64,000 bases of DNA from Octopus bimaculoides (GCF_001194135.2 NC_069006.1:24665611-24729610), one strand, 5' to 3'. Counted from the stretch's first letter, positions 23,711 through 38,527 are shown. A program made the numbers and translations. Notes: a model not told the origin generated them from the sequence alone.

Positions 23711-26700
23711 AAAATTAGGTTATTTAGAATTGTGAGACTGTAGTACTGCTACTCCACTTAACTTGTGATGTGTTTGTTTGTCTTGTGTGGAGTTAATTTA
23801 TTTTAATAAACATAATAATGCTCATTACAGAAATCTGAAGATTCTCGAGACGAGCTCAGTCTGGGAGGGGCCTCAATAGGTTTGCATTCCTCCTCCCCCT
23901 CCTCCTTTCACACAGATGAAATAAAGCCTACATTTATATGTAAGCATGGCTTAGTGGTTTGGGTAGTCTGCTTATGATCATAAGGTTGTGAGTTCGATTC
24001 TCAGTGGGCTGTTGTCTCCTTAAGCAAGACACTTTATTTCATGTTGTCGCTCCAGTCCATTCATCTGTCAAAAGGGAGTTCTACCTGTAATTGAAAAGGG
24101 GCCAGCCTTGTCACATTCTGTGTCACACTAAAATCTCTCTGAGAACTACGTAAAGGGTACGTGTGTCTGTGGAGTGCTCAGCCACTTGCACATGAATTTT
24201 GCGAGCAGGCTTTTCTGTTGATCAGATCAACTGGAACCCTCATCGTTGTAATCGATGGAGTGTCAGTTTTATACACATCAAGAAGGGCTTCAGTAGGTTT
24301 TGATTTTCCTCTTCCCCCACACAGATGAAATAAAATAAAACCTACATTTATACGCACGCATCCTTATTGAAACACAACACTGACCATATCAAGTTCACTA
24401 TTATACCAACTCTTCAAGTGAGAGCCCATTAACCCCTCTTCAAATTCGTGACTTAACTCCAAATTATTTGTTAATTTTACGTGCTTTTCTCTACTGGCAT
24501 GGGTTAGACAGAGATTTAACTAAAGTGGTATTTTACTGCTGGATATATATATATAATGCGTGGGGCTCACAGTAGGACCTGATGCAGTTCTGTGGCTTGT
24601 TGGATCCTGTCAAACTGTCCAGCCCACGCTAGTATGGAAAAATGAACATTAAATGATGGTGATGAGAATAATGTGGATTATCTGAGTTTTATTGGCATTT
24701 GATATTTTGCTCATAGAGATAATACAGCACTTACTGATGTAAAGAGGGTGAATTAGTAGAGTGGTTGGAGCATTAGATACTATGCCTTGTGGTATTTGTT
24801 CAGACGTTCAGCCCACTGAGACGAAATTTTGTTGTGGTCAGCTGTGCTCTTCATTCTTTCAGGGCTGATGAAAGGAGCAACCCAGGGCAGTTATCATCTT
24901 CATAATGTAATGTCTGTTTTCCATGCTGGCATGGGTTGGACGGTTTGACAGAAACTGGAAAGCTGGACAGCTACACCAAGCTCCAATTGTCTCTGTTTTG
25001 GCAAGGTTTCCATGCCTGCCTACCCTTCCTAATTGCTAACCCACTTTACAGTGTGCACTGGGTGCTTTTTATGTGGCACCGGCAGTGGGGCATCAGTTTG
25101 GGAAAGCTGCCTCATAGAATCTTTTGTTGCTTTTTTACATTCTGACAGCAATATCGGTGAAAGTCAGCCACCTTTTTCTTGGATAAACTTTGGTGGCATG
25201 GAGGTAAGAAACTTTTTATTTGTATGGACGTCTGGCAGTCTTCCTTAAACAACACACCTTAGCCTAGGATTTCCACATATATGTGCAAGTATATGGTCAG
25301 CCTTGTAAGATGATGTTCTACAAAATATTCACCTCTTCTGTGATTATTTGACACTATTAATCAAGTTGATTCTGACTTTGAAATGAATGGCATTTCTTGC
25401 TTCTATTTTCTGTCCTTCCCATTTTCTCGTGTCTTTTACTTTTTGATATTTTATCTGTTTTTTAAAATATTTCATAGTCATATCAATGTTTCCTATTTTG
25501 TCGGGGTTAATTGCTTGTTTTCCCTTTCATGTGCCTATTTACCTCTTTCGGTTGTAAATCAGAAACCAACTATCTTGTAACTGGATTCCAATGTTGATTT
25601 CATTTTGTCAACACAAATGAAAAAGATTGTTTTATCTCTCCGTGAGACAGCTCCCCCTCCCATGCTAGAAATGTAAGCTATTTACTTTTGATCTTTGTGG
25701 TTTCCTTAAACCAGTATTATGATAAATTTAATCACAACTCATTAGTCAGTGTGTATCTTGAGTGTCTTTTCCAAAGTCATCGTCGTCATGTTCTGCACAC
25801 TTTTGCAGTGCATTGATGACACCACAGTGAAAGTCTTCCCGGTGAAGTGCAAGTTCTCTCATTGGATGATGCCATTGTGCTACTTCCTTCTGCCTGAAAG
25901 AAGCCCGTTGTATATATGTATATATGTGACATGTTGGGCAAATGTCTTTGCGAATGGGTTTGATAGATAGAAACTGTACTGAAGCCTGTCATGTGTGACC
26001 AAAATATCTTTTCTACTCTAGGCACAGGGCCCAAAATTAGATTGACCCCAGTACACAACTGGTACTTAATTTATTGACCCTGAAAAGATGAAAGGCAAAG
26101 TCGACCTCGGTGGGATTTGAAAGTAGTGAGATGTTGGGAAGATGTCTAGGGAAAAACTTTAGTAGTCATGGTAACACAGACAGCAAACAGAAATGGTTTC
26201 TTAGTTGTCCCCGTCTGTATGAAAGTATTTTTGTATTTGTTTTTCTTAAGTTTTGAAGGATAATAGAGTTTTGTGAGAGGAGGTCTGCCTCGGTGCATTG
26301 TGCAAAGACTTTTCACTAAATATAGCTCGTGCACTTTGAAGTTCTGCTCCACACATTTCATATCACAACTGAAACCTCTTGGGAGTTTTCCTTCTGTTAG
26401 CTTTTCGCCATTGCGCATAAGTAATTATTTTGGAAAATTTCAACCTATTTAAAATTTAAACCGATTTGCAAGCAAATTCTTTCACGGATAGAAAGGATTC
26501 TAGATCTTTCTGTTTAAGAAGATTTACTTCTTATTTCAATATTCATATATCTTTTAATATTGCCAATATCATTTAGAAAGCAAGAATTCATTTTGGTATT
26601 GGTGTAGGTTTACCACAATTTTATTATTGGAATTAAAATCTGCCAGTTTCCAGATTGACATGTCTGTCTGTGTGTCTACCTACGTATCTCTATCCCTTTG

Positions 26701-27302
26701 TTTTTTTCCCTTTACTTTTCTTTGTATTTGCTTTCTATTTCCTCCTCCTTCTCCTCCACTCTCTCTTTCTGTTTTCCAATCAATTTTGCTTTCTTCTTTC
26801 TATCTTCCTGCGATAATAAATCTAAAGATCTTAAACCTGCCAGTTTTCAAAATTTCCCAGCTGATCTTCAAGGCTGGTTGCCAAATTATTGAAAACATCA
26901 GAGTGAGAAGTGCTGCAGTGCTAGTTAATTACTTTGTAAACCAGATGATGTAGTAGGAAGATAGTAGACCCCCCTCCACCCCCACCCCCACACACTCACC
27001 CTGTGAAACGACTGAAATAGTAAAGTAGTAGTAGCATTAGAGTGACTGATATGACTGACTTGAATCTGCCATGCTACGAGTGGCTTGAAAATGTTCTGTT
27101 TGTACAAGGATCTAGAAGTGCAGCTGCTGTATTTCTGGTGAAGGTTTTGCCAAAAGGAGAAGGGGATTTTGGGATCTTGTTGTAACTGACAGGGATTTTT
27201 ATTTTCTGTAAAGTGGAGAGACGAAAGGACTGAGTAAAGATGAGTTTTTTTGGCTCAAGCCACAAAGGAAGGAATCAGAAAATTAGTTCAAGAATATATA
27301 TA

Positions 27303-27700
27303 GGTGTAGGCATGGCTGTGTGGTAAAAAGTTCGCTCCTCAACCACATGGTTCTGGGTTCAGTCCCATTGTGCGACACTTTGGGCAAGTGTCTTCTACTA
27401 TAGCCTCAGGCTGACCAAAACCTTGAGTAGATTTGGTAGATGTAAACTGAAAGAAGCCCGTTGTGTGTGTGTGTGTGTGTGTGTGTGTTTGTGTCCCCTG
27501 TCATCACTTGACAACTGATGCTGGTGCGTTTATGTCCCTGTAACTTAGTGGTTTGGCAAAATAGACCAATAGAATAAGTACTAGGCTTACAAAGAATGTC
27601 CTGGAGTCGATTTCTTCAACTAAAACCCTTTAAGGCAGTGCTCCAGCATGGCCACAGTCAAATGACTGAAACAAGTAAAAGAATAAAAGAATAAAAGAAT
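27303..27700 (+). mobile_element. tRNA-derived SINE (family 1), full length
   Basis: Head with A-box tggctgtgtgg and B-box ggttcagtccc, central (TG)n, body cttagtggtttggcaaa...aagtactaggcttacaaag, and tail cagcatggccacagtcaaatgactgaaacaagtaaaagaataaaag. More than 20 full or partial copies occur in the window. Confidence 0.9.
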
Positions 27701-30221
27701 ATATAATCTTAGTGAAGGTGCTTGGCCCAGTGGTCAGGGCATTGCACTCATGATCACTAGATTGTGGATTCTGATTCCTGGACCGGGCGGCACGTTGTGT
27801 TCTTGAGGAAAAAAAACTTGATTTCATTCTGCCCCATCACTGGTCACAATGCGCTTTGCACAGTTTTAGCATTCGAATGACACCACCCGACTGGTTNNNN
27901 NNNNNNNNNNNNNNNNNNNNNNNNNNNNNNNNNNNNNNNNNNNNNNNNNNNNNNNNNNNNNNNNNNNNNNNNNNNNNNNNNNNNNNNNNNNNNNNNNNNN
28001 NNNNNNNNNNNNNNNNNNNNNNNNNNNNNNNNNNNNNNNNNNNNNNNNNNNNNNNNNNNNNNNNNNNNNNNNNNNNNNNNNNNNNNNNNNNNNNNNNNNN
28101 NNNNNNNNNNNNNNNNNNNNNNNNNNNNNNNTCTTCTACCTTTTAATCTTGATTGTATGCAAAAAAATTTTTGTGAAAAAACCTTTTTTTTCTCATGACA
28201 GAAGTATGTGTTTAGCACTGAATGCTTGTGTGAATAGAAAGAGTTATTCATTTTCAGAAAGAGCCTTGATCTCCGTGATCGTTTTTACCCCAGTTCGTCT
28301 GTGTTCGTAGCATTCCTGTTAAATGGCTAATGGTATGTTTTGTAGCCCGAGCTTTCATGCAACATCATAGTCGACATTTAACGTCCACTTTTCCCATGTT
28401 CACATGGGACGGATGAAATTTGTCGAGGTTAGCTGGTTAGACATTTAACCAAATGACTCACAATAAGGAAGTGCAATTTAACCTGTGCATGTGTTATTGG
28501 CGTAATGACCCTCCCAAGACGCAAGATTTGTTTAACATATAAATTCACATCAAGAATCTTGCAAGCTAAATGCAAAAATGAAATAAACTAGTATCTCCAG
28601 TCTCTGAATCACACCTAGATATTGGTAAGCTGGGGAGCTGCACCAGGTTCCAATCTGATTTGGCATGGTTTTCTACAGCTGGATGCCCTTCCAAATGCCA
28701 ATCACTCCAAGAGGGTAGTGGGTGCTTCTTATGTGCCACTGACACAGGTGCCAGTTATGTGCCACCAGCATCAGCCACAACTATGCTTTCACCTGGCTTG
28801 ATCACTCTCCTCAAGCATAACACATCACCAAAGGTCATGACCACCCATCATTTCCTCCCTGTGGACCCACATTCTGTTTTGCTTAATGGGTAATCCAGCA
28901 CTACACTAACCAGAACAGAAGTGATGTAAATATATGATGAGCCAATTTGGTATTCGATAAAATCAACCGCGTAACAGAACCAGCTTTGAGATTACTTTCA
29001 ATTAAGTATAATTATTGTTTACTCTATTAGTTTAGGCAACTAACCTTTTGTGAACATTAATTTCATTTGTGCACAGGTTGCAGAAAATGTGTGCATATGA
29101 ACAAGCACACAGCTTAGCGGGAACAGAGCTTGAAAGATTTACTAAATCCTCATGTCAAGGATACAGCATAGTTGAATCCATCCTAAGAAAGATTATTTGT
29201 CTGTACAACAGTGCAGACGTCATATAACACAGTGAGACCAATTGTACTGATTAGATTTCTTCTGCAGCTAATTTGAAAAATATACTTTGATGGGGAGGTG
29301 ATTAACGAAGACTTGAAACTTTTACCCTTTTGTCACCTTTTTGGCAAAAGAGTTACTATTGTTTCAATTAATTTGGAAAATAATTTTACTAACTTAGCTT
29401 TGTCATAATTAAGTTAGTGTTTGGAATATAAATTAATGTGAAATTTTTATGAAAGGTTTTAATTTGGATCACTTTAACCTTTTGGTTACCATATTTCTGT
29501 TGAGCTACACTGTCTGTTTTGGACCGTATTAGTCCGATGTGTGTTGGTTTACCGTGTTGGTTGAACAGTGAACATTGAGTATTCTAGCTATGTTTGAGTA
29601 GTATGGAGTGCATTTTGTGTTTCTGTAATGGGTTATTTTTAAATAACCACAACCAACTATTTATTTGTGTAATATCATTTTACGTCAGACATGTATACCT
29701 ACGTCATAACATCTACAGATATTAAAAACTCAACCTACTTTATGCTGGCTAGATCTGGTCTCATACACTTGCCCGACAATATCATTTTAAAAACAAACAA
29801 TTGCATCATTGAAATGTTGAACTATGAGATAATGTATAATTAATTGAAAACAATGTGAAGAAATAAGCATAACATTTGAGAGCCATTTGAATGCTAAAGG
29901 GTTAAATCTTTCAGTATCAGAAGGCTGATTATTGTAAAAATAGAGTGAAGAAAGCATTTGAGGCTTGCTACTTGGGCTGAGTGCTTGAGACATATTATTG
30001 ATAAGATAACCTGTTTATTGAGAAGGGCAACAGTGAGATACAACTGCTGTAGTGGTGGCGTCCCTCCTCTAAGCATTAGTTTTTCTTGGCTGTAATAAAG
30101 TTCACTTAGAACAGAAGTTATTTTGTGGTTTGTCGAGGTGAACATTAAAGATATACCGACAAAAATGTAAGGTTGCTGTGGCTTGAAAATAATTGATTCT
30201 GCTATTAAGAGCCTATGAGGC

Positions 30222-30252
<31 letters not shown>

Positions 30253-33200
30253 TCCATTTCATTTATTTACAATAGAGATAGAGAGGGGTTTGAAGAGAAT
30301 TTCGCTGCTTTCAAATTCTGATCTGATATAGCATATCAACTTTTTGAGATAAAGTCTATCCCCGAGTCATTCTCAAGTGTATTGGAAGATAGCCTATCAA
30401 TAAGGAATATGAGGAATGTGTTGATGCCAATTTAGGGTTAAGGAAACAGCTGTTTGAAAATTAGAGATGGAACTCTGAAAGGTAGAATTGTTTCAGCAAT
30501 TTATTTTTTTCCTGTATCATTAAGGCACCAGTGTGGCTGTGTGGTAAGAAGTTTGCTTCCTAACCTCATCGTTCTGTGTTCAGTCCCACTGTTTGGGACC
30601 TTGGACAGGTGTCTTCTACTATAGCACTGGGCTGACCAAGTCTTTGTGAGTGGTTTTGGTAGGCAGAAACTGAAAGAAGCCTGTTGTGTGTGTGTGAGTG
30701 TATCTTTGTATCTAATGACTGACACAAGTAAAAGGTAAGAGATCATAAACTTATGAAAAAGAGGCGATTATTTCATTGATAATTTCCCCCTTTCTAACCA
30801 TTTTGTTTTTAAGTTCTACTAAAATTCACGAATCAGTCCTCCACCTATGGTCTCAAATTACTGGGTTTTTTTCATATCTCCTGTCCTATTTTTGTTTTTA
30901 AACCTAGTTAAATCAGAACACTAAATATAACTTGATAAAAATATCTATGGAGAATAAACATTAATCAGATGTAGAAGGGTGTTCGGAAGAATCTAGAAAT
31001 ATATTGGAACTTGGGCTTTGCTTGGGAAAATAAATGCAAAATGATGTTTTTAAAATCTGTATTTAAAAAAAAAAAATATTTATACCTGTTTGTCATTAGA
31101 CTGTGGCCATGCTGGGGCACCACCTTGAATTGACACTGCTACTTATTTATTTATTATTCTTTTTTGTTTTAAGCCTGGTACTTCTATTGGCTTTGGTCAC
31201 CTATTATTTTTAGCTTATGGAGTGGTTTTTTTTTCAGAGGATTGGTTATGTATTGTAATCTTAATCAAATCTAAGTCAACAGATTATTCTTCTAGCGAAA
31301 ATATTGAGCCACAAACATCGTATCTTATTCATTCCCCCTCGAGACAACCATGACGATGATGGTGGTGGTAGTGGTGGTGTCGAAGATGAAGCTAGTAATT
31401 TTCTCTGTCTTGTGTTATTACATAATGTCCAGAGGCCAGTCGTCTGATAATAATGGACAGGTATTAAGTTAGCTGATTTCTATTTTAATGGACATTTTTA
31501 TTTTCGATTTCCTGATTAGTTTCCAAATGAAATAAGCCATTGTCTTCAGAAGGTCTGCTGGTCATTTACAGTTTTTGAGCAATACTCTAGTTTTATTAAA
31601 TTGCCCAGAGTATTCCAGCAAGAGATTGTTTACTCACCGCTAGCCAGTGCCGCTAAATACATACCTACCATACCTGTCGAGGTTATTATATAAAGGAAAT
31701 AAAGGTCACTTGCAGAATTCTTACCGAGATTAGAATTTTAACCTACTGCATTCATTATATAGTTCTACTGTTTTACAAATGTCATTTGTTTTTGTTTTGT
31801 TTTTTTTTTGTTTTTTCGTTATGTGGTGATACTCTTTACTCTCTTTTACTCTTTTACTTGTTTTCAAGTCATTTGACTGTGGCCATGCTGGAGCACCGCC
31901 TTTAGTCGAGCAATTCGACCCCAGGACTTATTCTTTGGAAGCCTAGTACTTATTCTATCGGTCTCCTTTTGCCAAACTGTAAACACACCAGCATCGGTTG
32001 ACAAGCGATGTTGGGGGAGGGGGGGGAACACAGACACACAAACATACACACATATATATATATATATATATATGACGGGCTTCTTTCAGTTTCCGTCTAC
32101 CAAATCCACTCAAAAGGCTTTGGTCAGCCCAAGGCTATAGTAGAAGACCCTTGCCCAAGGTGCCACGCAGTGGGACTGAACCCAGAACCNNNNNNNNNNN
32201 NNNNNNNNNNNNNNNNNNNNNNNNNNNNNNNNNNNNNNNNNNNNNNNNNNNNNNNNNNNNNNNNNNNNNNNNNNNNNNNNNNNNNNNNNNNNNNNNNNNN
32301 NNNNNNNNNNNNNNNNNNNNNNNNNNNNNNNNNNNNNNNNNNNNNNNNNNNNNNNNNNNNNNNNNNNNNNNNNNNNNNNNNNNNNNNNNNNNNNNNNNNN
32401 NNNNNNNNNNNNNNNNNNNNNNNNNNNNNNNNNNNNNNNNNNNNNNNNNNNNNNNNNNNNNNNNNNNNNNNNNNNNNNNNNNNNNNNNNNNNNNNNNNNN
32501 NNNNNNNNNNNNNNNNNNNNNNNNNNNNNNNNNNNNNNNNNNNNNNNNNNNNNNNNNNNNNNNNNNNNNNNNNNNNNNNNNNNNNNNNNNNNNNNNNNNN
32601 NNNNNNNNNNNNNNNNNNNNNNNNNNNNNNNNNNNNNNTTGGAATATAATTTCTCTTGCAACATGTAAAAGAGATTATTTCCTTGGTTTATTTATTTGAA
32701 TTTTTATCGATTCATTTCAACAGTATTTTGCAGACTATAAGTTTAATTGAATATTCTCTGGCTTGTTTCCATGGCCATACTTGTTTCCATGGCCATACTG
32801 TCAAGTATTGTGTTTATTGAATATAAAGTCACAGGTGGTAGGTGCGGGTGTTGCTGGGTGGTAAGAAGCTTACTTCTTCGCAACTACATGGCACCGTGTT
32901 CAGTCCCACTGGGTGGCACCTTGGGCAAGTGTCTTCTAGTATAGGTTTGGGCCAACCAAAGCCTTGTGAGTGGATTTGGTAGGCAACAACTGAAAGAAGC
33001 CTGTCATGTGTGTGTTTGGTTGTCAAGCGATGGTGGGGGGACAAACAGACACAAAGTTGGTGTGTTTTTTATGTCCCTATAATTTAGTGGTTTGGCAAAC
33101 GAGACTGATAGAATAAATACAAGGCTTACAAATAAGTACTAGGGTCAGTTTGTCTGACTAAAGGCCGTGCTCCAGCATGACTGCACTCAAAAGACTGAAA

Positions 33201-33329
33201 CAAGTAAAAGCATAAAAGAATATGTATACACACACACTTACGCATATACAATTCACATTCATACACATATACACTTATGTCATTTATATATACTACACGC
33301 AGTTATTCTCACACACACATGCACACAAG

Positions 33330-33371
<42 letters not shown>

Positions 33372-36300
33372 NNNNNNNNNNGATATGGTTGTTGGCTTGT
33401 ATGACTGCTGGGAGCAACAATGGGGATATATGTTTTAGGGGATTAAGGAAATGAGAAATTTTGTTTACCAACAGCTGAGCTCTGTCTACTTTTGACACAT
33501 TGTTGCTAATTTCCTTTCTTTTTATCTGTCTGTTCAAGGAAATGTTGGATGGGTTAGGCTAGTACAGTGAATGTTTAGAAAATTGTTGCTGGTTGACTAG
33601 TGTGTGTGTGTGCGGGGGGGGGGAGAGAAAGAAAGCGAGGTGGTTCATAGAAAAGGTTCTAGATCGAAACAGATCTTGGGGTGGAAGACACAGTGTGTTT
33701 ACGTGAAGGGTTTGGGATATCAGATACAGATCTGCATGTAATAAGAGTATGTTGAGGTGAATAGTAGTAGTAGTAGTAGTATCTGCCTGTCTCTTTGTCT
33801 CTGTCTGTCTGTCTCTGTTCTATCAAGCAAGTTCAGGAGATTAGTAGCCATTGTAGTAGTAGTGGTAGTAATGCAAGAGGGAATTGAGCATTGTAATGGC
33901 GGCTCTTCAAGGGAACAGGTTCATCTCAGTTGTGATGTAATATTTTATTTGCAACTGTAGGTTAGTTGTTGCTTAACCCCAGGTATGCTCTGATCCTATA
34001 GACCTATGATGTAACACATTCCAGTAGTGACCGTCTCGTCTTTTATCCAGATGTTGCATGTCTAGGTCTGTATTATCTCCCTACTATTTGTTTTTTCTTT
34101 TTGTAAGATGACTGGATGTGACTTCCCCCACCCCTTTAATTTTTTTTCTGTTTCTAATGAAATACACACTATCCATATGATTTATTTTTTTTTGAAAAGC
34201 AACAATTTGAAGGGATTTTTGTAAAATAGCTTTTTATTACTAAGAGTAGAATTGTTAGAGCATTTGCCATGAAGTAGGACTGAGCCCAGAACCATGTGGT
34301 TGTTTTGAAGCAAGCTTCTTACTACACAGCCACGCCTGTGTTAAATGTCACTTTTCAAAAAACAAAAAAGAAAAAAAAACCCCAACCAAACCTGGTGCAG
34401 AAATTAGAATGTATATTGGAACATCATAGAAGAAGAGCAAAAACTCTGGCTCATTGCTTGATGTATTTTATTGATGAATTCTTTAGTGAGTTTGTGCATT
34501 TGGTGAGAGCTTACTCCTCATGGGAGGAACCAGTGAAAAACCACTGACTATGAATGAATGTGACTGACTCATACACTTAAAATGTCAGATGTATGGTCTT
34601 TTTTTTTTTTTTTGATATCTTCCTATCTTGGTGTTTCTCTTTGTGTTGCTGTTTTAACTTCACCATCTGGCCCCTTGGGATCCCTTTAGCAGAGTCATTT
34701 CTGATGCAAACGTAATTCCACCCCACCCTTCCGCCCCACACCAATGAAATGGTGATAGGCACTGCTCTTCCTCTTCTGGCTAAGCCTTTTGAAAAACCAA
34801 AACAAAGAACAAGTCTCCCTACTTGGCCACTATTTAGTATGAACCCTATTTCAAGTCTGTGTGGTTTACAAATACTGTTAGCATTTTGTCCAGCGTGCTA
34901 ACGATTCTGCCTTAAACACTTGCTTAATAATGACAAGGCTAATTAAATAAATTCTTCGTTATTTTCAAAATTGATTGAAGCAAAGACAATTTATTTTGAT
35001 AGAAATATGCTAACAAGTGTTAAAATGGAGTTTAAATATGAGAAGCAAAATTGTCTTTAAGAACATTTGAATACAGAATGATTGCAAGAACACCCCAATT
35101 CAATCTGATATTCTGGTGGTTTGGCGCTGTTGTGTAGCTTCTGCTTTAAATAACTTTCTTATGTAGATGCAAGGCCAGAAATTTGAGGGAAGGGAACGGT
35201 CAATTGTATCAACTTCCGTGTTAAACTGGTGAGCTGGCAGAATTGTAAGCACCCTGGACAAAATGTTCCACAATATTTTATCTGTCTTTGTATTCTGAGT
35301 TGAAATTCCGTTGAGGTCAACTTCGCCGTTCGTCCCCTTTCAGAGTCGATAAAATAAAGTACCAATCGAACACAGGGTCCGCTGTAATCAATTGACCCTT
35401 CCCCCAAAGTTGCTGGCCTTGTGCCAAAATTTGAAACCAATATTTAACCGGTACTTTATTTTATTGAGCCCAGAAGGATGACAGGCCAAGGCTACCTTGC
35501 ATTATTTGAATTCAGAATGTGACATACTGGAACGAATACCACAAACCAATTTATTGAACATGCTAATGATTCTAACACCAATCACTCAGCCTTCGTTATA
35601 ATTTTTATGAATCACTTTTTTGTTTCTTTTTTAAATAGTATTTTTAGCTCAATGATACATTTAAAATAATTAGTGTTAATTAGTTGTTTTAAATTAGCGC
35701 GATTGTTAAAACTCTTTTACAGTGACTCGTAAGAAAAAGAAGAAAGCCGTCTCTTATTTCCTACCTATACAGTTATAATTATTACAGCGTTTAATCTATA
35801 ATCCATTAGTTTGGGGGATAAAGGTTATCTCTGTGGACATTGAACGAAGGAAGCAAATCAATGAAGGTTAATGAGTTTAATTACTACTGCTACTGCTTGT
35901 ACAGAAACTCAAGATGTTTATTATAAATACCAAAAATGCTTGTTGCATGCAGTGGTATTTTTAAATGTTAAGAAACTTGCTAATTAGAAGGGTGTACATT
36001 GTGTTTTTGTTTGTTTGTTCAGAGGCAGTTTTATTTCATTTTAATGAGAGAAGAGCACATGTGATTTGTTGCAAGTCTTGGTTGCTTTTCGTGAAAGGTT
36101 AATGCCAAGGATGAGAGCCTTTTTTTCTTCTTTTTTTTTTTTATTTAACGTTAACAGTTTGTTGTGTTTCATTGATGAAAATTGTTTTGAAGTGTGTATA
36201 AATATATGGAACAGATTGTGAAAGGTCGCTGCTTTCTGTGTCAGAATAAACAAGGAAAATAATTTTTGTATGCGACTCTACTATAGAAAGCATCAGGAGA

Positions 36301-38025
36301 TAACATTTAAATCAAAAACAACTGCATTTATTAATACAAATCTGGGGTCAAAAACCCCACAGACCCACTGGGGTAGATGCCATCATCAGTATTTTTAATG
36401 TCCGTTTTCCATGCTGGCGTGGGTTGTGGGCAGATTGACAGGAGCTGGCAAGGCGAGGAGCCACACCGAGTCCATTAGTCTGTTTTGGCTTGGTTTCTTT
36501 AAATAACTGAAGATTGTTTAGATAACTTTAAAACAGGAAGTTTATATCCTGGAAGCAGAGGAGGTCTCAGGTGGGTTGGAAACAAAAGGGGTCAAACAAC
36601 AAATTTATTTGCCTGTCAGATTTTCACTCCTCACAGGTCACTCTCACCCTTACAAAAAAACACTGGTCTAATTGCTCTCCTCTTTCAACTGTTGTTATTT
36701 GTCAGTGAGTAGATTTCGATCTCAGTATCCACCCATTTAGAGTTTGAGTACCATAGATTATTCAAATAGGAAAGACATTTTACCAAGTTTGCACAATGAA
36801 CATCCTGCATTGACAGGGCGTGTGGCAGGATAAGCTATTAGCGGAAAAGCAGCATCGTTTGTATTTGAAACTTGTTTATTATAGATTTGTTTATTTTAGA
36901 TGAAAAGATAGGAAACCTTTTCTCATGAAAACATTATTTCAATAAACATTTAATTGCTCTCTAATTAAGATAGGGCTAATGAAGTGTTGACGGTCACAAT
37001 CGGGAAAAGAAATACAGGAACAGGGTAGGAATTCAAAGCTTACAACTGGTCGTGAATATTTTGTTACCTTATATAGGCACAGGTGTGCATCTGTGGTAAG
37101 AAGTTTGCTTCCGGGTTCAATCCTACTATAGTGTTTTCTACTATAGCCTTGTGAGTGGTAGATGGAAACTGAAAGAAGCCCAGGTGTATATATATATATA
37201 TATATAAGTAGGAGACACTTGCCTAAGGTGTCACACAGTGGGACTGAACCCAGAAGCATGTGGTTGGGAAGCGTGCTTCTTCCCACACAGTCGCACCCTG
37301 TCCAAATTGTTATTTTCAAGGTCCTCTGACTTGATAGTTCCCTCCTTATTCTTGTCATTTGAAAATTTGAAAATGGCCTTTAGTGTCACAAAGGCCAGTC
37401 ATTCAAAAATAAGGATGGATGTCATTTAACCAGAGTCACGAAGTAAATAGGTTTACGAAGAAAAAATATTTCTATTATTTCACGTATTTTTTGATTTAGT
37501 CATGCGAAAATATTTCTGTTTAGGAATTTGGGGTGGGGGGGAAAGGAGAGTGAGGTGGGATTCGAGGGTGTGTTCATTTGTGTTTGTGTATGTTATCATA
37601 CCTTCTCTCTCTCATGAACTGACACTCCCATTTCGAAGTAATAACTTTTTCATACCTCCACAAATGGAGAAATATTTAGGAAATTATAGAACCATGTTAT
37701 TTTTGTTGCGGTAATAAATTTTCTCTAGCCAGATGCCCTTCCTGTTGTCATCTCCCTCTCTCTCTCCCTCTCTCGTTTTCCAGGAATGACCTGTCAAGCT
37801 TTGGGAAAATATTAACTTGCTAGGAAACGAAACGAATGACCTTGCTTGTGTGATAGTGTTTGCTCATTTATAACCATCATGTGATGTCTAAACAAGGACA
37901 TATATTGTGTGTGTGGGGGTGTATGTGTGTATGTATATATATATAACTCTGAGGTTCCACTCACTATGAAACATGTAGCCCATATCTTTACTCTATTCCG
38001 TAACTCTTGTGTGTATGAGTGTATG

Positions 38026-38083
<58 letters not shown>

Positions 38084-38527
38084 TTTATACATGTATGTAT
38101 GAGTGTGTGTGCGTGTGACAGGTTTCTTTCAGTTTCTGCCTACCAATTACATTCACAAACGTTTGGTCTGCCCAGGGCTATAATACAAAACGTTGCAACT
38201 TAAAAACTGTAACCATTTATTTTCGAGTGTGCTTGCTTCTAAAATTGGATATTGATGAAGTGAAATTAATATTGCATGTTTATTTGCAGTTTCAATTTGA
38301 TTGCTTTTAACCAAAGCCCATCTCGAACACAGACAGTATTTATTCAACTGATATAGGTTCGTTAAGATAGCTCATAACACTTGGCACTTACATTTAATGT
38401 GTTATATATTTCCATCAACATCACGATTACCTCCTCATATAACTGACTTTTGTGTAATCTAGCTAAACTGGTTTTTTTCTTCTTAAGTATTCTATTTTTT
38501 GATAATTGTTGAATGCTGGAAAATATA

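Noticed and set aside
27303-27380. tRNA-like A and B boxes as tRNA genes (also at other SINE heads)
   Set aside because: They run directly into SINE bodies, and I could not fold a cloverleaf.
29076-29230. + strand frame LQKMCAYEQAHSLAGTELERFTKSSCQGYSIVESILRKIICLYNSADVI* after a CACAG acceptor
   Set aside because: About 50 open codons can occur by chance, there is no recognisable homology, and no linked exon supports it.
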